Source: Eledone cirrhosa
Taxonomy: Eukaryota
Direction of reading: 5' to 3'
NCBI GenBank assembly: GCA_964016885.1
Contig: OZ024755.1
Location: 16,058,001 to 16,122,000 of the forward strand
Length of the DNA stretch: 64,000 bases
A program made the position numbers and the translations under genes. Position 1 is the stretch's first letter. Every line of letters starts with the position of its first letter. Shown in pieces: positions 13,512 to 24,974 of the stretch. A model generated the notes under the pieces. The model saw only the letters and a list, made by a program, of their open reading frames with translations. It was not told the origin of the DNA and did no database searches.

Positions 13512-13796
13512 GGAGGCACATGGCTTAGTGGTTAGAGCATTGGCCTTGCAATCGAAAGGTTGTGAGTTCAATTCTCAGACCGGGTGATGTGTTGTTTCCT
13601 TGAGCAAGACACTTTATTTCACATTACTCCAGTTTACTCAGCTGTAGAAATGAGATGATAAGCACCCAGCACTCACTGTAAATGAGGTTGGTGTTAGGAA
13701 GGGCATCCAGCTGTAGAAATCAAGCCAGAATCAGTTCCCGTCCCACCCTTGCAAGCAGGGAAAAGCAGACGTAAAATGAAATGATGATGATGATGA
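13512..13796 (+). mobile_element. tRNA-derived SINE family B with RTE-derived body and tail
   Basis: Box A tggcttagtgg, box B gagttcaattc, central ttccttgagcaagacactt domain, aggaagggcatccagc motif, and a 3' end matching the RTE LINE. Confidence 0.9.
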
Positions 13797-13837
13797 TATA
13801 CATATATATATGTATATGTATGCATAAATATATATAT

Positions 13838-14577
13838 GTATGTGGCCTTAATTGACTCCTCCACCTTACTGTTCCACCACCACGTTACTCTCCTCCTGCC
13901 TATAGGCCTGCTCCAGCCACAGACTTCATCTGCCGCCATCAGCAGGTTTGCTTTCAGGAATTCCCACTGTTCCTCTATATTGTACGACTCTAATTGCTCT
14001 TCCTTACTGTCGAAAGCATCAAGTAATATGCTTTTAAATTTATTACTGGCTGTGAGGTCCTTTAGCTTCCATATTTTTCTCCTGAGGATAGTCCTCTTCT
14101 GTTGTCGACTACGTCTCGTCCTGATTATGAGGTCGCTAATTATCAGTCTATGTTGGGAGGTGCATTCTTCATGGGGGAGGGATTTAGTGTTTACAACAGA
14201 CTCTGTCACGTCTTCTGGTCAGGATATAATCTACCTGGCTGGTATGTTCCCCTGATCTGTAGGTGATCAAGTGAGTGTCTCGTTTTTTGAAGTTAGTGTT
14301 ACAGATAGTTAGGTTATTTGCGTCACAGAATTCCAGGATTCTGGAGCCTTCCTCATTTCTAGTACCAAACCCATAGCCTCCATGGATTCTGTCATAGCTG
14401 TCACAATGTTGTCCAACATGACCATTTAGGTCGCCAGCAATAATTATATAGTCACTGTCGGTTATTTGGGAGGTAGTGTCTCATAGTCACTGTCTTTTAT
14501 AGCGCCAGGCAGTCCGGATTGGGGTGCATACGCAAATATTACTGTCACAGTAGTTCTATTTAGAACAAGTCTTATTG
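13838..14577 (-). mobile_element. RTE LINE fragment (endonuclease and linker), different subfamily
   Basis: [44 protein letters not shown] and RVTWWWNSKVEESIK are homologous to the 16020-17462 ORF. Confidence 0.9.
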
Positions 14578-14641
14578 TATATGTATATATATGTATATAT
14601 ATATATATGTATATATATATATGTATGTATGTATGTATATG

Positions 14642-14672
<31 letters not shown>

Positions 14673-15883
14673 GTGTATATATATATGTATATATATATGT
14701 ATATATATATCATCATCATCATTTTACGTCCGCTTTTCCCTGCTTGCAAGGGTGGGACGGGTCTTATTCAGCACAGCATCTCTCCACTCGTCACGATCCT
14801 TCATCATCTCCACCGTGAGCTTCAATGATCTGAGGTCTGTTCTCACCACCTCCGCCCATGTTTTTCGTGGTCTACCTCTACCACGTCTTCCTTCAACTGG
14901 CATTTCCTGGCACTTCTTCACCCATCGATCATCCTCCATGCGCATCACATGTCCATACCACATCAGTCTCCTCTCCCGTACACTACATTCTATCCCTCTC
15001 AGGCAGTTTCTCTCTCAACACATTTATGCTGGGTCGTTCATGCACATTTACACTGCACATCCAACGGAGCATGCTTGCCTCATTTCTCTCCAGCCGTCGC
15101 ATATCCTCTGCAGTTGCTGCCCATGTCTCACTACCATGCAGCATCGCGCTCCTCACACAGGCATCATACAACTGGCCTTTCGTACGCAGGGAGAAACCCT
15201 TCTTCGTCAACAGAGGAAGCAGCTCCCTAAACTTCTTCCAACCCGTCCTTATTCTAGATACTATGGCCTCGGAACACCCTCCTCCCATGCTAATCTGATC
15301 TCCTAGGTACCGGAAGCTATCCACCACTTCTATAGCGCCCTCCTGCATCTGAAAAATGTGTCTATCAATGCGACTTCTACTGTCTAATTTCCCAGTACAT
15401 CTACTACATACATATTTCTCCCTACCTGTTAGTTTGCCTGCTATCCCGCTACATCTCTTGTGTACCCAGGATCTGCATTGTGTGCATTTTATAGAATTTA
15501 TGCCAGTTCCTTTTCTGCATATCGAACATGGCCATTTCCCTGACGGAATCAGAGTTTTGTCCTCTTTTCTACTCATCAACACTTTTGTCTTAGCTAGGTT
15601 CACTCTCAGTCCTCTTGCTTCCAACTGCTGTTTTCATAGCCAGAATTTATTCTCTAGTTCCTCTACTGATTCTGCTATAAGAACCAGATCGTCAGCATAG
15701 AGAAGTTCCCATGGACAGCCAGTCTTAAACTCCCCTGTTATGGCTTGGAGGACAATAATGAACAAGAGCGGGCTGAGGACCGAACCTTGATGTACTCCTA
15801 CTTGTATCTGGAATTCCTCACTAAACTCCATTCCTACCCTGACTTTACTGAGAGTACCTCTGTACAAAGTTTGCACTGTCCTT

Positions 15884-16052
15884 TTTGTGCCTGGAAAGAG
15901 TACAACAGATGACCTCTTCTTGGTGAGACAATTGCAAGAGAGGTTCTTAGAGAAAAATAAGCCACTATACTTAGCCTTTGTTGACCTAGAGAAGGCCTTT
16001 GATAGGGTACCCCGATCTGTCATCTGGTGGTCCCTAAGGAAGCTAGGTGTTG
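15884..16052 (+). pseudogene. Inverted internal RT segment of the RTE LINE
   Basis: Plus-strand frame FVPGKSTTDDLFLVRQLQERFLEKNKPLYLAFVDLEKAFDRVPRSVIWWSLRKLGV, which is exactly the RT part missing from the minus-strand ORF. Confidence 0.92.
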
Positions 16053-17462
16053 GACCCTATATTTGTCAATCTCAATAGCTGGTCCCTCTGTCGGATCTAC
16101 TAAGGGTAATTTCTCTCTCTCCCATTCGTTCTCCACATTCATCAGTCTCTCATAATGACATTTCCAGGCCTCCTTTTTCTGATCATTCGTGACACTAAGT
16201 ACACCGGCATCATCCCGGACACATTTATCTCCAACAACATCCTGATTTGCATTGACACACTGCCTTGCAATGTGGAACACCGCACGCCTCTGATCTTCCC
16301 GTCGCAGAACATTGGCAAACCTCCTACTCTCCGCCTCCCTGCGTGCTAAGTACACCTGACGTCTAGCTTCTCTCTTAGTGGCTGTATATTCTTCCCTACT
16401 CCCACCCTTTTTCCAAGCCTTCCATGCTAGTTTTTTGTCTCTAATGGCCTTATCTACTGTGCTGTTCCACCACCAGGTCACTCTCTGTCTGGTTGGAGCT
16501 CTGCTCCAGCCACAAGTTTCATCAGTAGCCTGCAGCAAGTTGTCACGTAAAAAATTCCAGTTATTATCTATGTCATACGTCTCTAAATCGACTTCTTTTT
16601 CGTCATATACATCTTGAAGGGCTTTCCTAAATTTGTATTTTAGTGAAAGGTCTTTTAGCTTCCAGACCTTTCTTCTCCACACCTTCCTGTATGTCTCATT
16701 CCATCTCTTGCTTACTGAGATATCACTAACGACTAACCTATGCTGTGGGGTACATTCTTCCCCAGGGTATGCCTTGGTATTAGACACTATCTGCCTGTCC
16801 CGCTGCCTAACTAGTAAGAAGTCAATCTGGCTTATGTGCTCACCAGATTTGTAGGTTATTAGGTGATTGGCAGGTTTCTGGAAGTTTGTGTTGCAAATAG
16901 TCAATGTACTTACATCACAAAATTCAAGAAGTCTCACTCCTTCTTCATTTCTTGAGCCGTAACCGTGCCCACCATGTACCCCAGTGTAACCATCCTGGAG
17001 CTGTCCAACATGACCATTGAAGTCTCCTGCTAGCATAACGATGTCTCCGTCCTCTGTCATTGCAGTTGTTTGTAAAAGTTGCTCGTAAAAGCAGTCTTTC
17101 TCATCTTTGCCTAGGCCTGCTTGGGGAGCATAGGCCGAAATGATTGTCAGTAGTCTCCTGCCTACAACTAATCTAAGCTTAATTATTCGATTACTAACTC
17201 GAAGTACCTCTATTGTCTTATTGATCCATTTCTCAGCCAGGAAAATACCTACTCCCCCTAACCCATTATCCTTACCTACCCAGAATAGCTTATAGCTAAG
17301 ACGTTTGCCTACGACTAGTCTCGCAGAGGCACCTCTCCATCTCACCTCTTGCACGCAGCACACATCCACATGCCTTCTCTCCAGCATCTCCGCTATTTCA
17401 GCAGATCTACCTCTGAGAGTGCCAACATTAAGTGTTGCAACTCTGAGATGCGACGTCTTCAT
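16020..17462 (-). pseudogene. RTE LINE ORF, N-terminal part: APE endonuclease and linker (480 aa open)
   Basis: ORF track translation with conserved exo/endo/phosphatase motifs. It ends at the inversion junction. Confidence 0.93.
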
Positions 17463-17683
17463 ATTTTGTTGTTGTTCCTATTTGTTGCTGTGCTGATAAG
17501 CGTTTTGGCATTGATACACTGGTTGGATGCCCTTCCTAACACCAGCGCCACTTTACAGCATGGACTGGGTGCTTTTATTTGTGCCACCAGCACTAGAGAG
17601 GATGTCTTACTAGACTCAAGGGCCCTCTCTACCCCTCCATTTTACAGCATGGTCATTAAAAAATAAAAAAAAATAAAAAAAAT

Positions 17684-17724
<41 letters not shown>

Positions 17725-17933
17725 TATATGTATATATATATATGTATGTATATATATATATATGTATATATATATGTATGTATGTATATATATATATGTA
17801 TGTATATATATATATATATATGTATGTATATATATATATATGTATATATGTATGTATGTATATATATATATATATGTATATATATATAGTTATAGGAATA
17901 ACCAAAGAGTGCTTAGAAATACATTGTTTTATT

Positions 17934-17980
17934 AGCTAACAGTGTTTCATCCATGCACCATGGCAGGAATCTTCAGAGCC
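17934..17980 (-). ncRNA. Type I hammerhead motif in a Penelope-like 3' end
   Basis: Minus strand: ggct CTGAAGA T TCC TGC catggt GCA t GGA T GAA AC act GT T agct, then AATAAA and a ~45-nt tail running into (TA)n. Confidence 0.65.
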
Positions 17981-18119
17981 TATAAACATGAGTATATCAG
18001 TAGTTGCATGCTCCATCGAGCTGCGTCACCAGAACAAGGTTAAATGACCAGCAGGGGGGTCCCGAGGCTAGCGCTATATGGAAAAAGACATAATACATGA
18101 TGCACATAATGTCATAAAA

Positions 18120-19086
18120 TGTCTTAAAAATTTAAACTCTAAATCGTCTTCTTATTTGTTTGTTTGTTCACGAACTCCTCCTATCATTTTGGAGATAGAC
18201 CCCCATAACCATATATATTCTGAAACTACATTGCCCAGGTTACTTGGATAAGTATATTTCATTTTAATCAAAGTGTTCCCTGGGGGCACAAACCCCCGCT
18301 GAAAATGTTTTCCCTTCGATTTATATGAAATTTAAATAAGATATGATGCCTATTCACAAAATTTCAGCAAATTTCATTAATATTAAGATATCCTAATGGG
18401 GATTAAACCCCCTATAGTGAAAATTTTGGCCAATAAAGAAGCAACCATTATATTCGGAGCTTACAAAGGTCAAGCTCTCTCATTCCGAGGATTCCACTGA
18501 TACCAAGTGATAGCGAGTTGCCTTTTACATTTAAGAGGCTGCAGTTCCCAGTGAGACTATGCTTTGCCATGAGCATCAATAAGAGTCAAGATCAAACTTT
18601 CAAAACTATTGGTATAGATCTGACAAACCCATGTTTCAGTCATGGCATGTTTTATGTGGCTGTTACAAGGACTCGAACTTCAAAAAATCTCTATATTTTA
18701 GCCAATCAAGAAATGTTGTTTACCCTGAAGTTCTTCATTAGGACAAAGTATGAAATATATTTTCATGTATTTATGTTAAAAAATAAATAATTAAACTTTG
18801 AATTTCTAATTTGAAAATAATGCTTTACACAAAAATGTTTTGAATTGATATTTTGAAAAGAATTATTTACAAGAAACAAAATAAGAATAAGATTTAATAA
18901 TGTAATTTTGATTTAATATATTACAAAAAATAATGTTTTCCAATTTTTCATGCATTACATTTTACATTGAGTAATATTGAAATGCAGAGTTTTTCTCCAT
19001 GAATTATATCACTGATTTTAAAATCAATCGGCATTTTCTGACAAAAAAATGTGTGAAAGGCAGCAAGGCGCAGGTAATTCGGCTAG
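18120..19086 (+). mobile_element. Non-autonomous Helitron retaining a PIF1-like helicase C-terminal fragment
   Basis: IPRIPLIPSDSELPFTFKRLQFPVRLCFAMSINKSQDQTF..CFSHGMFYVAVTR (~18480-18720). 3' terminus CTAG|T at 19083-19087. The 5' boundary is approximate. Confidence 0.8.
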
Positions 19087-19121
19087 TATATATATATATA
19101 TGTGTGTATGCATATATATAT

Positions 19122-19151
<30 letters not shown>

Positions 19152-19153
<2 letters not shown>

Positions 19154-19434
19154 TGTTATACTTTGGGAGGGTCATGTTGCCAATAAGAAACACACACACC
19201 AGTTGCTTTCACTTCAATTTATTATAAATTTATAAATTTCCGGTTGGTTGGTTGGTTGGTTCCACAACCGGGTGGTTGTTCATATATTGTCAAAGTTCTT
19301 TCGTCACACATTCCGTGACCTCTTCAGTGACTGGGGATTCTTTTCTTTGTTTTGTGCCTCTCCTTTGTACTGTCCTACACCATCTTGTTTTTGTGTGTGT
19401 TGTCAACACACAAAAACAAGATGGCGTAGGACAG
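19152..19434 (-). mobile_element. Penelope-like (pLTR-type) non-coding fragment with hammerhead and 5' fold-back
   Basis: Contains the hammerhead and AATAAA, and its 3' end abuts (TA)n. Hairpin at 19370-19434. Relatives lie at 44047-44275 and 38441-38566. Confidence 0.65.
19289..19331 (-). ncRNA. Minimal type I hammerhead motif
   Basis: Minus strand: gtca CTGAAGA G GTCAC ggaatgt GTGAC GAA AG aa CT T tgac. Confidence 0.7.
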
Positions 19435-22009
19435 AGGATGAAAGGCAAAGTTAACCTTGGCGGGTAATAATAATGATAATAATTTCTGGGTTAGGTATAT
19501 GGCCAACAATTTGGGAGGAGGGAAAGTCGATTAAATCAACCCTAGTGAGTTACTGGTGCTTTATTTTATCAACCCCGTAAAGAAAGATTAAAGGCAAAGC
19601 TAACCTTAGCAGGATTTGAACTAAGAACGTAAATGGCCATAACTATATGCCGCGAAACATGTTGTCCGACGTTCTACTGATTCTGCCAATCCACCAACCT
19701 TCAGTTTGTACATAATACAAGTAAAGAAGATTACCAGAGAATAAGACATTAGAGTACCCAAGATGAAAGCCCTAGGTATATAAGATACTCTATCAATCAA
19801 ATTACACAGATAGTGCCAACTATAGAAGTATCAAACTATTGAATTATCAAACTATTGATCAGTTATCAGGTTAAGGGAGGATGCTGTTCTTGTCTTTACT
19901 TATTGTTAGCTTTCCTGCCCCCTTTCCTTCCTTCTCTTCTCTCACCCACCCATGCTTCACCTAATGAACTGATTCAAAATTCCACCAACACCACCACTAC
20001 CACCATACTACCTTTATCACTGCCACCACCACCACCACACTGCCAACATCACCATCACAACCACAATAACCACTACCATCACCATTACCACCATAACAAC
20101 ACTGCCAACATCACCACTACCAGCTCCACCACCGCCACCACTATTTCTCTCAACAACCACAACACTGTCAACACCACCACCACATCCACAAACATAACCA
20201 GCACCAACACCACCATACTGCGAACATCACCACCATCGCAACCATAATAACCTCTACCAGCACCGCCACCACAATAGCTACTACCACCACCACCATAACC
20301 TCCACAACCACAGTGCCAACATCACCACAATAACCACTATCACCACCACAACACCGTAACTCCTATTAACTATAGATGTCACCTCTAGCACTATCTACTA
20401 CTCACTACACCTATTTTCTTTACTCACCTACATTTAATTCTACCCACCACCATTCCATCTCCAGCCCCACCCACAAATATTTTTATTTATTTATTTATTC
20501 ATTTTCTTTCTTTTTCTTTTTTTACTGTAATTGTTTATGACATCTGCCCCTCTCCCCTACTGTCGCTCTCTACTTTACTGTCTCTTGTTCTCTTGTGTGG
20601 GAGTGAATATACATATTATATATACATGCCTACACCCACCCATGCATAGAAACGTACACACACACACCCACGCATAGACATACATATATATTATAAACAT
20701 ACCATGAGTGAGTGAGTGTGTGTGTGTATAGTATGTGTGTACATATATATATGTGTGTGAGGGCATGTTTGTGCATATATATATGTATATTAGCAGCAGA
20801 GGAGGGTGACAGAAAGTACAGTAGCTAGAGTGAGAATGGGATGGAAGAAGTTCAGGGAGCTACTACCACTGCTAGCTACAAAAGGTAATAAATGCTGACC
20901 TTATTCTATTGCACCTCTCAATGACACAGGGCGGAGATCTCTGGCATTATGTAGTAATACAGACACACCTTCCCATGGGCACAGGCTGAAGCTGCAGCAT
21001 ACATATAGTATGCACAACCTGCACTTCCACCCCTCTCTTCCATACTTTTCCCATGAGGACAGGCTGAGGCATACATCTAGTGAAGCCCACACTGTAAAGT
21101 GGTCGTGATAGTGACATGACAAAAACACCCAGCCTACACTGTAAAGTGGTTGTGTAGGTGTCATGACAAAAAGCACCCGGTAGTCACTGTAAATGTGGTT
21201 GGCATTAGGAAGGGCATCCAGCTGTAGAATCCGGGCCAAAATCAGTTCTGTATGAGCAAAACATGATCACCTGACCTGGCATTTCTCACAACAGGACAAC
21301 TCGTCTAACCCATGCTAGCATGGAAAAATGGATGTTAAATGGTCATGATGATACACACACACACACACATATTTCTGCATAGTATTTCTTCAGTTCTACC
21401 ATTCCTTAGTTCTCTTCCCCATATATCCGCCTCCATCTTAACTTATTTCCTTTTTTTTTTTCCATATTTTCAATACTTCTATTCCTCCCCTCACCACTCG
21501 CTCTCTTTCTCTCACTCATCCTCCACAACACTCTCCCTCTCCCCCACAACCAGCTCCCTCCCCCATACTTACACAGTCTACGAAATCACTAAACTACTTA
21601 ACTGTAGCAAGTACTAAAGTAGTTGGCACCTTGTCTCCTCTTTGATACAGTTCGGTTCAGTAGAGATTGTATTATTTCAGTAGTATTTGTGTGAACATCA
21701 CTAAGTTCACTGCCAGCCACACCAACCTATTGTTCTTGTCCTGTTTGTTCTGTACAACACCAGGCCCCCATGGACGAATCCACCAATTCTCCACTATCTT
21801 CTCCTCTACAAGAACTGCCACTGTTTCACTGCAGGTCATCATTATTTTACATCTTTTCAACTTAATTTTGTAAAATTTATTATTATTATATCCTTAACAC
21901 TTTGTGTGTGTGTTAGTTTATAAATATAGGCAACTTTGTATATTTATGTAATGTGTGTGTGATAGATATGTGTATATGTTTGTGTGCATGTACGTATATA
22001 CATATTTAT

Positions 22010-22043
<34 letters not shown>

Positions 22044-22258
22044 GGTTGTGTAGGAGACACGGTAAAAAGGCTCCCAGTCCACACTGTAAATGTGGTTGGT
22101 GTTATATCTGGCAGGTTTTCTACAGTATCCAGCTGTAAAAAACCTGCCAAATATAGTCCTATATGATCGAGACACGGTCACCCAATCAATCTTTCCACAA
22201 GTGGGACAATTCCCGTCTAACCCATTTTAGCATGGAAGATAGACATTAAATGATGATG

Positions 22259-22289
<31 letters not shown>

Positions 22290-23154
22290 AAGAAAGAAAG
22301 AGAGAGAGAGTGGTATATATACATAAGACAATGATGATAATGTTTTTTTTTTATATTATATATATACGTGTATATATATATAATCATCATTTTTATGTCA
22401 ACTTTTCTTTTCTATGCTGGCTTTGGTTGGGTGGCACTTTTTGAGACAATATTTTACAGCCGGATGCCCTTCCCGACATCAACCCTTTTAGTTGAATCTT
22501 AAGACATGCAGGGATACAGTGTACCTATTCTAAACTTGATATACACACCCACACACATACATATATGTACATGTATGTGTATATATATACATGTAGATAT
22601 ATGGATGAGTGTGTGAGTACGTGTATGTTAAGTTTGCGTCACATTCATGAGATCTGGTGTTCAATCCCACCGCATGGCATCTTAGACAAGTGCCTTTACC
22701 ATAGCCTTGGGTTAGCCCAAGCCTTCTTATAGAATTTGATAGACAGGAAACTGTGGAAGCCTGTCAGATGGATTGTATCTAGCTTTGGACTGACTGATGC
22801 CATGTGTGCAATATTTAATGGATGGAAACTGCAGAAGCCCATCATATACATGTGTGTGTGTACTGATATTATTGTAGATGTGTATAAATATATTTCTATA
22901 TGTATATTTTTATGACTTATATATTTATATATATATATATACATAAACACACACATACAAATTGAATATATAGTAAATATATATTTATTGATAGATTTAC
23001 AAACAACAATTTTAGAGAAATTAACATCCCTCATGTGTTGTGTGCATGTGTGGCTAACTGAATACACACTCGTGTTTTTTCTCTCCCCTTTTTTTCCTTC
23101 ATTTTTCCCCGTTCCTTCCTCTTTTCATTCTTTTATCTTCTATTTCTAACTCTA

Positions 23155-23190
23155 TCCTCTCATGAAGGACTAGTGTCCGAAATGTTAAGA
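23155..23190 (+). ncRNA. Degenerate minimal hammerhead, same family as 49583-49618
   Basis: CTCATGA A GGAC tagt GTCC GAAA tgtt aaga, with a downstream tail ending at tatatata. Confidence 0.55.
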
Positions 23191-23347
23191 CTTTCTTCCT
23201 GCTATTTCTAGCATTAAACTAAGATATTTCTTCCATGTACTGTGTGCTTTGTTATTTCTCTTTACATTTTATATATATACTGAATCTCCATTATAAGAGC
23301 TTCCTCCCGCTTACTCCTGTTTTTTACCAAAACAACTTTTACTGAAC

Positions 23348-23385
<38 letters not shown>

Positions 23386-24308
23386 CATCATTGCCATTTT
23401 AACGTTCACTTTCCCTGATATGTATACGAGTGTGAATGTATGTATTTGAATGTTAATGTGTATCCATCATCATCATTTTATGTCCCTTTTCCATATTGGC
23501 ATGGGTTGGACATGTCATAGGTTTTTTATGCTCTAAACCAACCACTTGACAGATTCTACTGAATGCACTTTGTTTTCACATCAGCACTACCACTTTACAT
23601 AGTGTACTGGCTGCATTTTATTGTAGCACCAACACTACCACTTTACAGTGTGGGCTGGGTGCATTTTATTATGGCACCAGCACTACCACTTTACAACGTA
23701 TAGTGGTTGCATTTTATCAAGATACCAACACTAATCCCTGACAGGACTAAAGGGTCCCTTCTACTCCATGTTTTCTTGGTTTGTTTGTCACCACTTTACT
23801 GGTGAGGTACTGTATGTGTTCCATCATGGTACCAATACTAGAGATGTTGTCCCATCCACCATGCACTAAAAAGGACCTCTCCACTCTATGCAGTCTCTGA
23901 TCTCTCATCACATTTAATTCAAGTGTTGCTGGTTTATACGAGAGGGTGAGTCATTTATAGTTTGGCAAGTTACCAGTCAACACGATCCAATGCCATCCCC
24001 TCTGTGAGATTCGGTTTCTTGAGGTCATTCTTCACAAATTTGTCCCATGCCTTCCTTGGTCTCTGTCTCATATAGGTTCCATTTACTTCAAGTGTTCAAC
24101 ACTTCTTTAAACAGCTGTCACTCACCTTACACATCAAGTATGTACCAGTGCAGCCATCTCTCTTGCATACATCATTTAATTCCAAGAGTGAAGAACCTCA
24201 AAAGATGGAAAAAGAAGTAGTGGTTGATGGCAACTTCTTTTTCTGTCTTTTAAGGGTCTTCACCCTATTTTATAACATCTGTGTACTTGAGCACATCATC
24301 TTTTATAT

Positions 24309-24349
<41 letters not shown>

Positions 24350-24379
24350 TCAGAGCTTAAAAGTCCAAAAATTCAGCTT

Positions 24380-24974
24380 CTCTCAGGTCTCGAATAATTG
24401 CTCTCCCATGCTTATTAATTTTTCAGATTTTTTCCAACCCTGTCTGCTCTTATTCTACCCCACCCCCCACCCCACACACACACATTTTGCTATCTCTGGC
24501 AAAATTTTATTTTAAGTGGTAGCATTCCTGCAACAATTAATTTTCTTTAGACATTAACCCTTTAGCATTTACATTACTCTATATTTTCTATTGTATTTTC
24601 ATAGTAAACACTTTACCTCACATAATTATCTCACGTAATATCGAATCTATGAAATTTTGATATTATTTATTTTGAGAACAATGCCTTATAATCAGTATGA
24701 GTTGCCAGTTACAGCTGGTTTGAACAGAAAGAAGTGACAGAATTCTGGCTGGATACGGCCGGTTTAAATGTTAAAGGGTTAAAAAGCATTATAGAATATT
24801 ATTAGAAATCCCATAAGTTATAAAATAAATTGATGGGTTGGGGTCTCAATATGTTTACTATATGACTAATTCTGGTTTAAAAAAAAAAAAATCAACGGAA
24901 ACAATCTAGAAAAGTTACTGATTTTCCAAACGATCCCGCTTGTTCCCCCCCCCCTATTATTTGGGACCGGAGAG
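24380..24974. mobile_element. TIR MITE (host of the nested piggyBac-like MITE)
   Basis: ctctcaggtctcgaataa...ttatttgggaccggagag termini. An uninterrupted relative lies at 28235-28593. Confidence 0.7.
24558..24778. mobile_element. piggyBac-like MITE of the same family, nested in another TIR element
   Basis: Same TIRs and TTAA target-site duplication, and the body aligns with 9431-9638. Confidence 0.85.

Larger units (their letters stand above)
14708..17657 (-). mobile_element. Near-full-length RTE-clade LINE, inactivated by a stop codon, a frameshift and an internal inversion with deletion
   Basis: APE endonuclease ORF 16020-17462 (ATLNVGTL, VCCVQEVRW, AGDFNGHVG, SQIDFLL, PQHRLVV). RT motifs QGSVLSPLLF and LLYADDLVL, and C-terminal WYGHVMRM..GRRGRGRPRKTW. 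3' tail gcaagcagggaaaagcggacgtaaaa(tga)n. The 5' UTR carries the ttaggaagggcatcca motif. TGA replaces a Trp codon at 15634-15636 and there is a frameshift near 14995-15005. Confidence 0.95.

Noticed and set aside
13512-13585. tRNA-like sequence (also at 57905, 10080 and 63522)
   Set aside because: These are SINE heads running directly into SINE bodies, with no closed acceptor stem.
13144-13587. Long YI/VC-rich ORFs here and at 3110, 10910, 14575, 17642, 43042, 57631, 58031 and 59436
   Set aside because: They are translations of (TA), (TG), (TATG) and (TC) microsatellites, which lack stop codons by composition.
16020-17462. Host 'craniofacial development protein 2-like' gene
   Set aside because: This is a common mis-annotation of RTE endonuclease ORFs. 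Here it is part of a LINE with RT and tail.
18518-18790. Host PIF1 helicase gene
   Set aside because: It is only a frameshifted C-terminal fragment inside an element with a Helitron CTAG end.
19855-20247. His/Thr-rich ORFs (also 46734-47075 and 41609-41860)
   Set aside because: They are degenerate trinucleotide repeats with no splice or homology support.
21765-21835. Possible start exon MDESTNSPLSSPLQELPLFHC
   Set aside because: The donor (gtcatc) is poor, with no recognisable homology or partner exon.
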